Assembly: GCA_038212275.1 (NCBI GenBank)
Contig: JBBQUR010000018.1
Location: forward strand, 32,001-96,000
Source of the DNA: Planctomycetota bacterium
GTDB taxonomy: Bacteria > Planctomycetota > B15-G4
Direction: 5' to 3'
Length of the DNA stretch: 64,000 bases
The notes beneath the pieces were generated by a model. The model ran no database searches. It saw only the letters and a list, made by a program, of their open reading frames with translations, and had not been told where the DNA came from. Shown piece by piece: positions 1 through 10,759 of the stretch. How positions within the stretch are numbered: the stretch's first letter is position 1; every line of letters starts with the position of its first letter. The position numbers were made by a program, and so were the translations under genes.

Positions 1-117
1 CGGGAAGTTGCGCTTCGTGATCGCGCACTTGCTGGTTTCGCAACGCGTGGCCTTCAGGAAGAGCTTCACGCCTTCCCGGCGGCACAACTTGCAGACGTTT
101 GTCTTTGGAGCTGTCAT
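1..117 (-). CDS. rpsD: 30S ribosomal protein S4, N-terminal part (runs off left edge)
   Basis: Manual translation [39 protein letters not shown]; follows rpsK in the alpha operon. Confidence 0.93.
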   Translation of the reverse strand, partial: MTAPKTNVCKLCRREGVKLFLKATRCETSKCAITKRNFP

Positions 118-132
118 GTTTTCCTCGTGCGG

Positions 133-510
133 TCAGACGCGACGCCGCTTGCGCGGGCGGCAGCCGTTGTGCGGAACCGGTGTGCGATCTTCGATGGCCT
201 TCACCTTGAGACCCGTCTGGGCCAGGGCCCGGACGGCGGACTCGCGCCCGCTGCCAGGACCGCGGACGCGGACTTCCACGTCGCGCACGCCGAGCTTCAT
301 CGCCTTCTGGGCGGCGCGCTCCGCGGCCTTCTGGGCGGCGAAGGGCGTGCTCTTCCGGCTGCCCTTGTAGCCGCTGCTCCCCGCACTGTCCCACACCAGG
401 ACTTCCCCGTTGTGCGGGTCCGTGAAGGTGACGATGGTGTTGTTGAACGTCGCCTTGATGTTGACGACGGCGCGCGAAAGAACGCGTCGGATTTTCTTGG
501 TGGCTGCCAT
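133..510 (-). CDS. rpsK: 30S ribosomal protein S11
   Basis: [27 protein letters not shown]. Confidence 0.98.
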   Translation of the reverse strand: MAATKKIRRVLSRAVVNIKATFNNTIVTFTDPHNGEVLVWDSAGSSGYKGSRKSTPFAAQKAAERAAQKAMKLGVRDVEVRVRGPGSGRESAVRALAQTGLKVKAIEDRTPVPHNGCRPRKRRRV

Positions 511-540
511 GCTTTGCCTGCTGTTTTCCTGTGTGATCCG

Positions 541-924
541 TTAGCCGAGCTGCTTGACCGACTTCTTGCCGGCCACCGTCTTGCGCGGACCCTTGCGGGT
601 GCGTGCGTTGCTCTGCGTGTTCTGTCCGCGGACCGGCAGCCCCTTGCGGTGCCGCAGGCCGCGATAGCAGCCGATGTCCTTCAGGCGCTGAACATTCTGC
701 GCGATCTGACGGCGCAGCGAGCCCTCGACGAGGAAGGTCTTCTCGAGCAGGGCGGCGATGTGCTGCACGTCCTCCTCGGTCAGGTCCTTCGCGCGGAGCG
801 CCGGCTTGAAGTGAAGCTGCTCGCACACCTTCCTGGCCGTCGTGCTGCCGACGCCGTAGATGTACGTGAGCGCGATCTCGACGCGCTTGTTGTTCGGGAT
901 GTCGACGCCAACGATGCGGGGCAT
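541..924 (-). CDS. rpsM: 30S ribosomal protein S13
   Basis: [10 protein letters not shown]...[15 protein letters not shown]; start set at ATG 924. Confidence 0.97.
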   Translation of the reverse strand: MPRIVGVDIPNNKRVEIALTYIYGVGSTTARKVCEQLHFKPALRAKDLTEEDVQHIAALLEKTFLVEGSLRRQIAQNVQRLKDIGCYRGLRHRKGLPVRGQNTQSNARTRKGPRKTVAGKKSVKQLG

Positions 925-938
925 GTTCCGGGAACTCC

Positions 939-1055
939 TCAGCGACCTTGGCGCTGCTTGTGACGCGGATCCGTGCAGACGACGCGCACCACACCGAAGC
1001 GGCGCACGATCTTGCACTTCTCGCAAATCCGTCTGACTGACGCTCTGACCTTCAT
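939..1055 (-). CDS. rpmJ: 50S ribosomal protein L36
   Basis: Not in ORF track; manual translation [38 protein letters not shown]. Confidence 0.96.
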   Translation of the reverse strand: MKVRASVRRICEKCKIVRRFGVVRVVCTDPRHKQRQGR

Positions 1056-1077
1056 GTATTCCTTCCGTTCCGACGGC

Positions 1078-1293
1078 TCAGCCGCGGTAGACGATGCGGC
1101 CCTTGCTGAGGTCGTAGGGACTGACCTCGACCGTCACGGTGTCCCCTGGAAGGATGCGGATGTAGTGCATGCGCATCTTGCCCGAGACATGTGCCATGAG
1201 TTGATGACCATTTTCCAGTTTCACGCGAAAGACGGCGTTCGGCAACGCCTCGAGCACCTTTGCCGAAACCCTGAGCTGGGTCGCCCGTGCCAT
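1078..1293 (-). CDS. infA: Translation initiation factor IF-1
   Basis: [15 protein letters not shown]...[15 protein letters not shown]...[10 protein letters not shown]. Confidence 0.97.
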   Translation of the reverse strand: MARATQLRVSAKVLEALPNAVFRVKLENGHQLMAHVSGKMRMHYIRILPGDTVTVEVSPYDLSKGRIVYRG

Positions 1294-1294
1294 C

Positions 1295-1966
1295 TCAGTG
1301 ATGCCTCGCGGCGCCGGCGATGCCAGCCCCGAGGGCATTGACGATGTCCGCCCCTACCTGCTCCACGCTGCGCGTGCCGTCCACCGTGGTGAGCAGCCCG
1401 CGCGACTTGTAGTAGGCCTTGAGCGGTTCCGTCTGCTGATGATAGACACTGAGGCGCTCTGCTACCACACCGGCGGTGTCATCCGGGCGCTGACTCAACT
1501 CGCCGTGGCAGCCGTCGCAGCGTCCGGACTCCCGGCTCGGCACGAACTCCACATGGAAGTTCCGGCCGCAGCCCTTGCAGATCCGGCGTCCCGTGATCCT
1601 ACGGACCAGGTGGTCATCGGGGACATGAACGTCGATCACCTGTTCGAGGGGGTGCCCCGACGTCGCCAGGCGGCGGTCGAGTTCCTCGGCCTGAGCACGA
1701 TTGCGGGGAAATCCGTCGAGAACGAAGCCTCCCATCGCGCCGTGCAGGCGCTCGAAAAGAACACCGAATACCACATCGTCCGGGACGAGCTTGCCGGCCT
1801 CCATCACCGCGGCCGCCGCACGTCCGGCCGGGGTGCCAGCCTTCACGGCGGCCCTCAACAGGTCACCGGTGGACAGGTGCTCCAGACCTTGAGTCTCGGC
1901 AAGCCGCTTGGCCTGCGTTCCCTTGCCGGCACCCGGGGCACCCAGCAGCACGAGGCGACGCTTCAT
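1295..1966 (-). CDS. adk: Adenylate kinase (Zn-lid type)
   Basis: [26 protein letters not shown], CxxC lid motifs. Confidence 0.97.
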   Translation of the reverse strand: MKRRLVLLGAPGAGKGTQAKRLAETQGLEHLSTGDLLRAAVKAGTPAGRAAAAVMEAGKLVPDDVVFGVLFERLHGAMGGFVLDGFPRNRAQAEELDRRLATSGHPLEQVIDVHVPDDHLVRRITGRRICKGCGRNFHVEFVPSRESGRCDGCHGELSQRPDDTAGVVAERLSVYHQQTEPLKAYYKSRGLLTTVDGTRSVEQVGADIVNALGAGIAGAARHH

Positions 1967-3312
1967 GCCGCGCCCCTTCCCCCGCCGCGTCGCGCCCAGC
2001 CGGCGCCCGCATCACCAAGGCCCTCGTAGCGGCGCATCACGAGCATCGAGTTGACCTTGTCGACGAGATCGAGAATCACGCCGACGACGATCAGGATGCT
2101 GGTGCCGCCGAGGAACATGGCCAGGCCAGGCGGCATGTTGGGGACGTAGCTCGACAGCACCTGCGGCAGGACTGCGATGACCACGAGGAAAGTCGCGCCC
2201 GCGAGGGTGACCTTGAACATCACCGACTCGAGGAACTCCGCGGTGCGTGCGCCCGGGCGCAGGCCCGGCACGAAGCCGCCGTATTCCTTGAGGTTGTCCG
2301 CGATCTCCTTCGGCTGGAACATCAGCGATGTCCAGAAGAACGAGAAGACGAAGACGAGTGCGGAATAGAAGAGCACGTACCAGAAGCCGCCCCAGGAGAA
2401 GGCGTTCTGGAAGTAGTGTTCGCCCAGCAGCCCGCCGAAGACCTTGTCGAGCACCGTGGGCACGATGAACAGGAACGACGCGAAGATGATGGGCATCACG
2501 CCGGCCTGATTCACCTTGAGCGGCAGGTAATGCCGCTGGCCGCCGTAAACCCGGCGGCCGCGCATCTGCTTGCCCTGCTGGATCGGGATGCGACGCTGGC
2601 CCTTGGTGACGTAGACGATGCCGATCACGATCAGCACGTAAAGCACCAGCAACCAGACGACCGACTGGATCCACGTCCCAGGTTCGGTCGAGTTCTGCAG
2701 CTGGGCCAGCATGGTGGGCATGCGCGCCACGATGCCTGCCATGATGATCAGCGAGATGCCGTTGCCGACGCCGTATTCCGTGATCTGCTCGCCGATCCAC
2801 ATCACGATGAGCGTGCCGGTGGTCACCGTGAGCACCACGCCGATCTGGTAATACCAGGCGTCGTACAACGAGACGTCGATCACGCCGGCCGTCGCCGCAT
2901 CACGCAGCGGGCCGAAGACCAGGAAGAGCGCCTGAATGATGCAGATCGGCACCGTCGCGTAACGCGTGTATCGATTGATGATCTTCTGGCCCGCCTGCCC
3001 TTCCTTGGACAGGGCCTCGAGCTGCGGAACGACCTTCACGAGCAGCGAGAAGATGATCGACGCACTGATGTAGGGCATCACGCCCAGCGTGAACAGGGTG
3101 CACGATCCGATCGCGCCGCCGGACAGTGCATTCATGATGCCGAACGCGAATCCGCCCGTGACCTGGCTCTGGTAACGCTCGAGCACCGCATAGTTCACGC
3201 CCGGCAGCGGCACGTGGAAGCCGATGCGGTACGCGAGCAGGAACGCGAGCGTCACGAAGATCTTCTTTCTGATCTCCGGAACACGGAAGAGGTTGGTGAA
3301 CCCCGAACTCAT
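1963..3312 (-). CDS. secY: Preprotein translocase SecY
   Basis: LGVMPYISASII, GVGNGISLII, AGVMPIIFAS, PGLRPG. Confidence 0.98.
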   Translation of the reverse strand: MSSGFTNLFRVPEIRKKIFVTLAFLLAYRIGFHVPLPGVNYAVLERYQSQVTGGFAFGIMNALSGGAIGSCTLFTLGVMPYISASIIFSLLVKVVPQLEALSKEGQAGQKIINRYTRYATVPICIIQALFLVFGPLRDAATAGVIDVSLYDAWYYQIGVVLTVTTGTLIVMWIGEQITEYGVGNGISLIIMAGIVARMPTMLAQLQNSTEPGTWIQSVVWLLVLYVLIVIGIVYVTKGQRRIPIQQGKQMRGRRVYGGQRHYLPLKVNQAGVMPIIFASFLFIVPTVLDKVFGGLLGEHYFQNAFSWGGFWYVLFYSALVFVFSFFWTSLMFQPKEIADNLKEYGGFVPGLRPGARTAEFLESVMFKVTLAGATFLVVIAVLPQVLSSYVPNMPPGLAMFLGGTSILIVVGVILDLVDKVNSMLVMRRYEGLGDAGAGWARRGGGRGAA

Positions 3313-3758
3313 GCGCTCGTCTCGACGCTCCCGCCGGCGGCTTCGATCTTGGTGCGCGCCGTGGCAGACACGCGATCGGCCTTGACCTGCAGCGCGACGC
3401 CGATGTCGCCCTTGCCGAGGATCTTCAGCAGGGTCGCGTTCTTCTTCACGAGGTGCGCGTCCTTGATGCGTGCGAGGTCGATGCCGCCGCCCTGCGGGAA
3501 AGCGGCTGCGAGGTCCTTCACGTTCACGATCGAGTAGGTGACCTTGAACACGGCGTTCGTGAAGCCGCGCTTGGGCGTGCGGCGATAGATGGGCATCTGG
3601 CCGCCCTCGTGTCCGAGGCCGCCACCCACGCCTGAGCGACTGCCCTGGCCGTTCATGCCGCGTCCGGAGGTCTTGCCGCGGCCGCTGCCGATGCCGCGTC
3701 CGACGCGGCGCGGCTTGCGCAGTGCGGATCCGGCTGAGTTGACGTCGTTCAGATTCAT
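3309..3758 (-). CDS. rplO: 50S ribosomal protein L15
   Basis: [27 protein letters not shown]. Confidence 0.97.
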   Translation of the reverse strand: MNLNDVNSAGSALRKPRRVGRGIGSGRGKTSGRGMNGQGSRSGVGGGLGHEGGQMPIYRRTPKRGFTNAVFKVTYSIVNVKDLAAAFPQGGGIDLARIKDAHLVKKNATLLKILGKGDIGVALQVKADRVSATARTKIEAAGGSVETSA

Positions 3759-4258
3759 GCGAGCGGCACTCCGCGAAGTTCTTCCGTGAGCTTCCGGCTG
3801 CGCACGCTTTGCAGACCGCTGAGGGTCGCCTTGACGAGGTTCACCGGATTGCTGCTGCCCTGGCTCTTGGTGAGGATGTCGCGAACGCCTGCCAGTTCGA
3901 GCACCGAGCGGACGGTGGCGCCGGCAATGATGCCGGTGCCAGGCGCGGCCGGGAGGATGCGGACCTGCGCCGCACCGAACCGCCCCGTGACGGCGTGCTC
4001 GATCGTGCCGCGCTTCAGCGTGACGTTGACGAGGTTCTTGTGGGCGTCCTTGACGGCCTTGTCCACGGCGGACGGGACTTCCTTCGCCTTGCCGAAGCCG
4101 ATGCCGACCTTGCCATGGCGGTCGCCCACCACGACGAGCGCGGAGAACGAGAAGCGCCGGCCGCCCTTGACGACCTTGGCGCAGCGGTTGACCTTGACCA
4201 CGGCCTCCTCGAGGAGTCCGCCGGCCTGGCCCATGTTGTCATTGTCGTTTTCGGCCAT
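3755..4258 (-). CDS. rpsE: 30S ribosomal protein S5
   Basis: [30 protein letters not shown]. Confidence 0.98.
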   Translation of the reverse strand: MAENDNDNMGQAGGLLEEAVVKVNRCAKVVKGGRRFSFSALVVVGDRHGKVGIGFGKAKEVPSAVDKAVKDAHKNLVNVTLKRGTIEHAVTGRFGAAQVRILPAAPGTGIIAGATVRSVLELAGVRDILTKSQGSSNPVNLVKATLSGLQSVRSRKLTEELRGVPLA

Positions 4259-4264
4259 GTTTCC

Positions 4265-4633
4265 TCAGAAGTCCAGCCCGCCGGAGCGGGCGCCATCGGC
4301 AAGGGCCTTGATGCGGCCGTGATAGGGATACCAGCCGCGATCGAAGACCGCGGCCTTCACGCCCTTTTCGAGCAGGCGGCGCGCGATGTCCTCGCCCACG
4401 GCCTTTGCGGCCTGGACCTTGGTGCCCTCGAGCTTTTCGCTCAGCGTCGGGTCCAGCGTGGAGGAGGCGGCGAGCGTGATCCCGTGCAGGTCGTCGATGG
4501 CCTGCACGTAGATCTGCTTGCTCGAACGGTGCACCGTGAGGCGCGGACGCTCGGCGGTACCGCGCACGCGGCGGCGAACGGAGCCAGCCTTGCGGGCGCG
4601 ACGGAGAGTGCGAAGTCGGACAGCGCGTTCCAT
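4265..4633 (-). CDS. rplR: 50S ribosomal protein L18
   Basis: [32 protein letters not shown]. Confidence 0.97.
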   Translation of the reverse strand: MERAVRLRTLRRARKAGSVRRRVRGTAERPRLTVHRSSKQIYVQAIDDLHGITLAASSTLDPTLSEKLEGTKVQAAKAVGEDIARRLLEKGVKAAVFDRGWYPYHGRIKALADGARSGGLDF

Positions 4634-4635
4634 GA

Positions 4636-5181
4636 TCAGGCTCCGAGGCTCTTGCCGACCTTGCGACGGACGAATTCGCCGTCGTAACGGATACCCTTGC
4701 CCTTGTAGGGCTCGGGCTTGCGCGTCTCGCGGATCTCGGCGGCGAACTGCCCGACGAGCTGCTTGCTGGCGCCCTTGATGATGAGGAAGGTCGGCTGCGA
4801 GGCTTCCACCGACAGGCCGACCGGAATCGGCAGCTTGACGGGCTTGTTGAAGCCGACGTTCAGGACGAGCGTCTTGCCCTCGACCTTCGCGTTGTAGCCA
4901 ACGCCCTGGATCTCAAGCTTCTTCACGAAGCCCTTCTCGACGCCCTCGACCATGCCCGCAGCGAGCGAGCGGAACAGTCCGTGCAAGGCGCGCTCGCGGC
5001 GGCCCTCCGTCACGCGCTCGAAACGCATGACGCGGCCCTTCTCCTCGACCAGCACGCGAATGCACGGATCGATGACCTGCGTCAGCGAGGCCTTGCTCGT
5101 CTCGACCTTCAGCGTATGGCCAGAGACGGACACCTTCGTGCCGTCAGCCCACATCACCGGTTGTTTGCCTACTCTGGACAT
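4636..5181 (-). CDS. rplF: 50S ribosomal protein L6
   Basis: [21 protein letters not shown]. Confidence 0.97.
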   Translation of the reverse strand: MSRVGKQPVMWADGTKVSVSGHTLKVETSKASLTQVIDPCIRVLVEEKGRVMRFERVTEGRRERALHGLFRSLAAGMVEGVEKGFVKKLEIQGVGYNAKVEGKTLVLNVGFNKPVKLPIPVGLSVEASQPTFLIIKGASKQLVGQFAAEIRETRKPEPYKGKGIRYDGEFVRRKVGKSLGA

Positions 5182-5208
5182 GTCGTTCCTGCTTCCCTCG
5201 TGAGCCGC

Positions 5209-5607
5209 TTACCAGATGGTCGCGAGACGCTCGCCACCCACGTTGCGGGCGCGGCATTCGCGGTCCGAAAGGACACCGGCCGGAGTGGTGTAGATGGAGA
5301 TGCCGATGCCGTTCAGCACGCGCCGGGCCTCCTGTGCGCCCGTGTACAGGCGTCGGCCCGGCTTGCTGTCACGCCGGATCTCGTTGATGAGCATCTCGCC
5401 GTCCGGCCCGTACTTCAGATTCAGCGTGAGCCGGCCCTGCTGGCCGTCGGCCTCGACGCGGAAATCGTTGATGTAGCCCTCGCGCTTGAGGACCTCGGCG
5501 ATGCCGCGCTTGATGCGCGAGGCAGGCATGGAGACCTCGGCGCGACGCACGCGCAGCGCGTTGCGCACGCGAGTCAGCATGTCGGCGATGGGATCGGTCA
5601 TGGTCAT
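5209..5607 (-). CDS. rpsH: 30S ribosomal protein S8
   Basis: MTDPIADMLTRVRNA, SKPGRRLY. Confidence 0.97.
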   Translation of the reverse strand: MTMTDPIADMLTRVRNALRVRRAEVSMPASRIKRGIAEVLKREGYINDFRVEADGQQGRLTLNLKYGPDGEMLINEIRRDSKPGRRLYTGAQEARRVLNGIGISIYTTPAGVLSDRECRARNVGGERLATIW

Positions 5608-5641
5608 GATTGCATCGTCCTCGTGTTCGGCTCGGCCCTGA

Positions 5642-5827
5642 TCACCAGCTCGCCTTGCGCACGCCCGGGATCTCGCCGGCGAGCGCCAGCGTCCTGAAGC
5701 AGATGCGGCAGATGCCGAACTTGCGATAGAAACCGTGCGAGCGGCCGCAGAGCGAGCAGCGCGAATGGCCGCGCGTGCTGAACTTCGGCTTCATCTTGGT
5801 CTTGGCGATCCAGCTGGCTTTACCCAC
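5642..5827 (-). CDS. rpsN: 30S ribosomal protein S14 (Zn-binding type Z), GTG start
   Basis: RCSLCGR...CRICFR...[11 protein letters not shown], 61 aa. Confidence 0.96.
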   Translation of the reverse strand: MGKASWIAKTKMKPKFSTRGHSRCSLCGRSHGFYRKFGICRICFRTLALAGEIPGVRKASW

Positions 5828-5875
5828 GGCTGTTCAGTCCTTGTGCGGTTGCGTTCGGGGAAATCGAGGCGGGCA

Positions 5876-6499
5876 TCAGCCGCGCCGCGGATCGTTCTTG
5901 TCCGCGTCGACCTTGCGGAACGGCATGCCGAGGCGCTCGAGCAAGTCGAGGGCCGCTTCGTCGGTCCCGGCATTGGTCACGATGGTGATGTTCATGCCCT
6001 GGAAGTGCTTGATCTTGTCCAGGTCGATCTCGGGGAAGACCGTCTGATCCGGGAGGCCCATGCTGAAGTTGCCGCGACCGTCGAAACCGCCGCGCTTGAG
6101 GCCGCGGAAGTCCTTGATGCGCGGGATCACGATGGCCACGAGGCGGTCGAGGAATTCCCACATGCGGGCGCCGCGCAGGGTGACCATGCACCCGATGGGC
6201 ATGTCCTCGCGGATCTTGAAGTTGGAGATGGCCTTCTTCGCCTTGCGGATCGAGGCTTTCTGGCCCGTGATCATCGTGAGATCGCCGGCAGCCGCATCGA
6301 TGAGCGCCTTGTTCTCGCGGGCAGCTCCGACACCCATGTTGATGACGATCTTGCGGATGCGCGGCGCGGCGTTCACGTTGTCGATGCCGCGGGCCTGCAT
6401 GATCTCCCGGGAGATCGTGCTGCCGTAGGTCTCCATGAGACGCGGCTTGCCGACCGGTGCGGCGGCTTCTGCGGACGTGCTGGCTTGCTTGGGACTCAT
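5876..6499 (-). CDS. rplE: 50S ribosomal protein L5
   Basis: KIVINMGVG, PRIKDFRGL, FDGRGNFSMG; start set at ATG 6499. Confidence 0.96.
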   Translation of the reverse strand: MSPKQASTSAEAAAPVGKPRLMETYGSTISREIMQARGIDNVNAAPRIRKIVINMGVGAARENKALIDAAAGDLTMITGQKASIRKAKKAISNFKIREDMPIGCMVTLRGARMWEFLDRLVAIVIPRIKDFRGLKRGGFDGRGNFSMGLPDQTVFPEIDLDKIKHFQGMNITIVTNAGTDEAALDLLERLGMPFRKVDADKNDPRRG

Positions 6500-6507
6500 G
6501 CTCTCTT

Positions 6508-6825
6508 TCAGGCCTCCACCGGCTTGCCAGTCGGACGCATGACACGCACGGTCTTGCCGTTGGCGACGGTGGCGCCGAGGCGCACACCCTTGCCGCTTGC
6601 CGCGTCCAGGAAGGCGATGTTGGAGATGTTCAGCGGGTACTCGCGCTGGATGCGTCCGCCCTGCGGGTGCTCCTGGCTCTTGCGGACGTGCTTCCACTTC
6701 ATGTTCACGCCTTCGACCACGGCCATGCCGTGCTTCCGGTCGAGCTTGAGGAGACGCCCGGTCTTCCCGCGGTCGCTGCCCGTGAGCACGATGACCATGT
6801 CCTTCTGCTTCAAGCGGCTCATCAC
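6508..6825 (-). CDS. rplX: 50S ribosomal protein L24
   Basis: [32 protein letters not shown]. Confidence 0.95.
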   Translation of the reverse strand: MMSRLKQKDMVIVLTGSDRGKTGRLLKLDRKHGMAVVEGVNMKWKHVRKSQEHPQGGRIQREYPLNISNIAFLDAASGKGVRLGATVANGKTVRVMRPTGKPVEA

Positions 6826-7190
6826 ACCACCTCGCTGGCCAGGCTGATGATCTTCATGAAGTTCTTGTTGCGCAGCTCGCGGGCCACTGCGCCAAAGATT
6901 CGCGTGCCGACCGGGTTGCCTTCCTTGTCGATGATGACCAGCGCGTTGCGATCGAAGCGCACGCGGCTGCCGTCACGACGCCGGATGTCCTTGCGGGTGC
7001 GCACGATGACCGCGCGCACGACCGAGCCCTTCTTCACCGTGGCGGTCGGGATGGACTTCTTGACCGAGCCGATCACCACGTCGCCCACGGAGGCGTAGCG
7101 GCGCTTGGTGCCGCCCAGCACCTTGAAACACATCACGGTCTTGGCGCCCGTGTTGTCGGCCACGTCGAGAATGGTCTGTTGCTGGATCAA
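6822..7190 (-). CDS. rplN: 50S ribosomal protein L14, TTG start
   Basis: [21 protein letters not shown]. Confidence 0.97.
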   Translation of the reverse strand: MIQQQTILDVADNTGAKTVMCFKVLGGTKRRYASVGDVVIGSVKKSIPTATVKKGSVVRAVIVRTRKDIRRRDGSRVRFDRNALVIIDKEGNPVGTRIFGAVARELRNKNFMKIISLASEVV

Positions 7191-7516
7191 GCGTCACCTC
7201 GTGCTTCCGATGCATGCGCGGCCGTACCTGCCGACTTCACGGCGACGGTGACGATGCGCTCGAGACGCCAGCGCTTGGTCTTGGACAACGGGCGGCCGAA
7301 GACCACCTCCACGCTGTCCCCCACCCGGGCCTCGTTCTTCTCGTCGTGCGCCACGAGCGTGGTGTGGCGCTTGACGTACTTCTTGTAGACGGGATGCAGG
7401 ACCTTGCGATCGACGCGGACCACGATGGACTTGTCCATCTTGTCGCTCTTGACCGTGCCGATGCGGCGCACCGCCTTGCGTGACTTCTCGGATGACATGC
7501 TGGCCTCGTTGGTCAT
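7187..7516 (-). CDS. rpsQ: 30S ribosomal protein S17
   Basis: [25 protein letters not shown]; start 7516 or 7498. Confidence 0.95.
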   Translation of the reverse strand: MTNEASMSSEKSRKAVRRIGTVKSDKMDKSIVVRVDRKVLHPVYKKYVKRHTTLVAHDEKNEARVGDSVEVVFGRPLSKTKRWRLERIVTVAVKSAGTAAHASEARGDA

Positions 7517-7740
7517 GACCGCGACTTGGCTCCGCGAATGGCAAGCTCGCGTTCCCGCAGCAACGTGCGGATGCGCGCGACCTCGCGCCTGATGGCACGG
7601 ATGCGGCTCGGCTGGGCGAGCCCCTCCGAACTGGACTTGAAACGGAGGTCGAACAGCTCGCGCTCGAGCGTGGCGATGTCGAAGCGAAGCTCGGTGTCTT
7701 CCTTCTCGCGCAGTTCTTTCAGATTGCCGACCTTCTTCAT
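7513..7740 (-). CDS. rpmC: 50S ribosomal protein L29
   Basis: ELFDLRF...[20 protein letters not shown]; position after rplP. Confidence 0.94.
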   Translation of the reverse strand: MKKVGNLKELREKEDTELRFDIATLERELFDLRFKSSSEGLAQPSRIRAIRREVARIRTLLRERELAIRGAKSRS

Positions 7741-8150
7741 CGTGTCCTCCGGCGCAGCATGCGGACCCGCAGCGGCAGCTTGTGCGCCACGCGGTTGAGC
7801 GCAAGCTTGGCGACCTCGGCAGTGACGCCGCTCACCTCGAACAGGACGGTGCCCGGCTTGATCACCGCGACGTGGTATTCGGGCTCGCCCTTGCCCTTGC
7901 CCATGCGGGTCTCGGCGGGGATCGACGTGACCGGCTTGTGCGGGAACACGCGGCACGTGATACGGGCGCCGACCGCGGCGCGCGTGGCAGCCACGCGGCA
8001 GGCCTCGAGCACGCGCGCGGAAAGCCAGCCGGCCTCCATCGACTGCAGCCCGAACTCGCCGAACTCGACCGTGTGGCCGCGGGTCGCGAACCCGCGGATC
8101 GAGCCCTTGTGCACCTTGCGGTGCTTCTCGCGCTTTGGCATCGCCTTCAT
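7737..8150 (-). CDS. rplP: 50S ribosomal protein L16
   Basis: [20 protein letters not shown]. Confidence 0.97.
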   Translation of the reverse strand: MKAMPKREKHRKVHKGSIRGFATRGHTVEFGEFGLQSMEAGWLSARVLEACRVAATRAAVGARITCRVFPHKPVTSIPAETRMGKGKGEPEYHVAVIKPGTVLFEVSGVTAEVAKLALNRVAHKLPLRVRMLRRRTR

Positions 8151-8815
8151 GACTGCTGCTCGCTCCGGCTGGGGACCTGCGGCGCGAAGTCGGCGTAACG
8201 GCCGCGATAGACCCAGGCCTTGATGCCGATGACGCCCTGCGGCGTGCGGGCCGTGGCGAATCCGTAGTCCACCCACGCGTCCAGAGTGGACAGCGGGACG
8301 CTGCCGACGGCGATCTTCTCGGTGCGCGCGATTTCCGCGCCACCGAGGCGCCCCGCCACGTTCATTTTCACGCCGAGCGCGCCCGCCTGCATGGTGAGCT
8401 GCGCGGACTTCTTCAGTGCACGACGGAAGCTGGCGCGACGCACGAGCTGCTCGGCCATGCTCTCGGCGACGAGCTGCGCGGAGAGCTCCGGCTTGCTGAT
8501 CTCGACCGTGCGGATCGCCACCGGCTTGTTGCAGATCTCGAACAGCTCCTCGTTGAGCTTGTCCACCTGCGCGCCGCGACGACCGATGAGCAGGCCCGGC
8601 CGCGCCGTATGGATGATCACCGTGACGCGCTCACGCGTGCGCTCGATGTCGATGCGCGGCACCGCGGCACCCGCGTATGTCTTCTTGATGAACTGGCGAA
8701 TCCGCTGATCCTCGAGCAGCAGCGCGGCAAAGTCCTTCTTGCCCGCGTACCAGCGGCTGCGCCACGGCTCGGTGATGCCGACTCGGAAGCCGATCGGGTT
8801 GACCTTCTGTCCCAT
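8147..8815 (-). CDS. rpsC: 30S ribosomal protein S3
   Basis: MGQKVNPIGFRVG, GRLGGAEIARTE. Confidence 0.98.
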   Translation of the reverse strand: MGQKVNPIGFRVGITEPWRSRWYAGKKDFAALLLEDQRIRQFIKKTYAGAAVPRIDIERTRERVTVIIHTARPGLLIGRRGAQVDKLNEELFEICNKPVAIRTVEISKPELSAQLVAESMAEQLVRRASFRRALKKSAQLTMQAGALGVKMNVAGRLGGAEIARTEKIAVGSVPLSTLDAWVDYGFATARTPQGVIGIKAWVYRGRYADFAPQVPSRSEQQS

Positions 8816-8818
8816 CGC

Positions 8819-9331
8819 TCAGCCTTCCTTCTTCTTGGTCGATTTCCTGGCGGCGGCAGTCTTGCCCGCTGCCTTGCCGGCAGCGGCGCCACGCGCCTTG
8901 CCTGCGCCCTTGGCGCTCGAGGCAGTCGCGGCAGCGGACTCCGCCTTCGAGCCAGCCTTTGCCTTCGCATCGGGCTTCGCCATGAGGGCCGCACCCAACT
9001 CGATGTAGATGTGACTCGTGCGCTTCTTGATCGGCATGGCCCGTCCGCGTGAACCCGCACGCCAGCGGGCGGATCCACCGAGCAGCGGGCCCTCGTCCAC
9101 GCGCGCCAGCGAGACGCGCAGGTGATTCGGGTCGATGTTCGTGTCCTGCTCGGCATTGGCAACGGCGGAACGCACCACCTTGCCCACCATCACGGCCGCA
9201 CGCTGCGGCGAGTGATCGAGCACGACGAGCGCGCGGTTCACCGGCATTCCCCGGATCATGTCCACCACGAGGCGCGCCTTGCGCGGAGCGGTCCGCGCGA
9301 AGCGATGACTGGCCTTGTATTCGGTTGCCAT
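8819..9331 (-). CDS. rplV: 50S ribosomal protein L22 with Ala/Lys-rich C-terminal tail
   Basis: APRKARLVVDMIRG, SAVANAE, KRTSHI. Confidence 0.96.
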   Translation of the reverse strand: MATEYKASHRFARTAPRKARLVVDMIRGMPVNRALVVLDHSPQRAAVMVGKVVRSAVANAEQDTNIDPNHLRVSLARVDEGPLLGGSARWRAGSRGRAMPIKKRTSHIYIELGAALMAKPDAKAKAGSKAESAAATASSAKGAGKARGAAAGKAAGKTAAARKSTKKKEG

Positions 9332-9634
9332 TTACTTGCTCGGTGCCGCAGGAGACGACGTCTTCATCGCCTCCTTCTTGTTGGTGTGACCGCGGAAGGT
9401 GCGGGTCGGCGCGAACTCGCCGATCTTGTGGCCCACCATGTCCTCGACCACATACACCTTCACGTGCGTGCGGCCGTTATGGACCAGGAAGGTGTGCCCC
9501 ACGAAGTCGGGCGTGATGGTGCAGGCGCGCGCCCAGGTCGTGATCGGCTCGCGCCGAGTCTCCTGCGACATGCGCATCACCTTCTTCTCGAGGTTGCCGT
9601 CCACGAACGGCCCTTTTTTCAGACTTCGACTCAC
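9332..9634 (-). CDS. rpsS: 30S ribosomal protein S19, GTG start
   Basis: [24 protein letters not shown]. Confidence 0.97.
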   Translation of the reverse strand: MSRSLKKGPFVDGNLEKKVMRMSQETRREPITTWARACTITPDFVGHTFLVHNGRTHVKVYVVEDMVGHKIGEFAPTRTFRGHTNKKEAMKTSSPAAPSK

Positions 9635-9646
9635 GGGTTACCTCGC

Positions 9647-10474
9647 CTACTTCTTGCGCTTGCGCACGATCATGCGGCCGGACGTCTTGCGCGGATTGCG
9701 CGTCTTGCCGCCCTTGGACAATACGCCGCTGGGCGAGCACGGCTCGCGACCGGCCCCCTGCCGACCCTCGCCGCCGCCGAGCGGGTGAGCGTAGGGCGAC
9801 ATCGCCGAGCCGCGCACGTACGGGCGCCAGCCCTTGTGCCTGTTGCGACCGGCCTTGCCGATGGACACCAGCGCGTGATCGAGATTGCCGACCTGGCCAA
9901 GCGTTGCGCGGCACTCGACGTGCACCTTGCGCATCTCGCCGCTGGGCATGATCACCGTCGCGTAGCTGCCTTCGCGCGACGCGAGGCGGATGACGCATCC
10001 TGCGGAGCGGCCGAGCCTCGCGCCGCGGCCCGGCTCGAGCTCGACGCAGTGGATCTCGGCGCCGAGCGGCATCTTCGACAGCGGCAACGCGTTGCCGATC
10101 GTGGGCTCGGCCTGCGGACCGGACATCACCTTGGCGCCCTGGACCAGCCCGAGCGGAGCGATGATGTAGTCCTTGCGCCCGTCGGCGTAGTGCAGCAGCG
10201 CGATGCTCGCGGAGCGGCCCGGGTCGTACTGCAGCTCCGCGACCGTGGCCGGCACTCCGTCGTGGTTACGACGGAAGTCGATCATGCGGTACATGCGCTT
10301 GTGTCCACCGCCGCGGTGACGCGAGGTGATGCGGCCGTGAGCGTTGCGCCCGTAATGGCGGCGACGCGTTTCGATCAGCGACTTCTCCGGCCCGCCCTTC
10401 GAGAGCGCTGCATCACGCAGCACGCTTCCGGAACGGCGGCCTGCGGAGGTCGGCTTGTACTTGACGATGCCCAT
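9647..10474 (-). CDS. rplB: 50S ribosomal protein L2
   Basis: [25 protein letters not shown]. Confidence 0.98.
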   Translation of the reverse strand: MGIVKYKPTSAGRRSGSVLRDAALSKGGPEKSLIETRRRHYGRNAHGRITSRHRGGGHKRMYRMIDFRRNHDGVPATVAELQYDPGRSASIALLHYADGRKDYIIAPLGLVQGAKVMSGPQAEPTIGNALPLSKMPLGAEIHCVELEPGRGARLGRSAGCVIRLASREGSYATVIMPSGEMRKVHVECRATLGQVGNLDHALVSIGKAGRNRHKGWRPYVRGSAMSPYAHPLGGGEGRQGAGREPCSPSGVLSKGGKTRNPRKTSGRMIVRKRKK

Positions 10475-10759
10475 TTACAGGAACTCCACCGTGTCGCCTT
10501 CGGCCAGTGTCACGACCGCGCGCTTCCAGTCGGGGCGCCGGAACTTGCGCGGCCCACGACCCTTGAACTTCCCGTTGCGCACCATCGTGCGCACGTTCAG
10601 CACCTTGACCTTGAAAAGCGTCTCGATGGCGCCCTTGATCTGGATCTTGTTCGCGTCGGGCGACACCAGGAAGGTGTAACCGTTGTGGGCCGTGGTGATG
10701 TCCGTGCCCTTCTCGGTGATGAGCGGCCGCCGCACGATGTCATGCGCGTCGTTCTTCAA
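10475..10759 (-). CDS. rplW: 50S ribosomal protein L23, TTG start
   Basis: PLITEK, ANKIQIKGAIETLFKVKV, WKRAVVTL. Confidence 0.96.
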   Translation of the reverse strand: MKNDAHDIVRRPLITEKGTDITTAHNGYTFLVSPDANKIQIKGAIETLFKVKVLNVRTMVRNGKFKGRGPRKFRRPDWKRAVVTLAEGDTVEFL

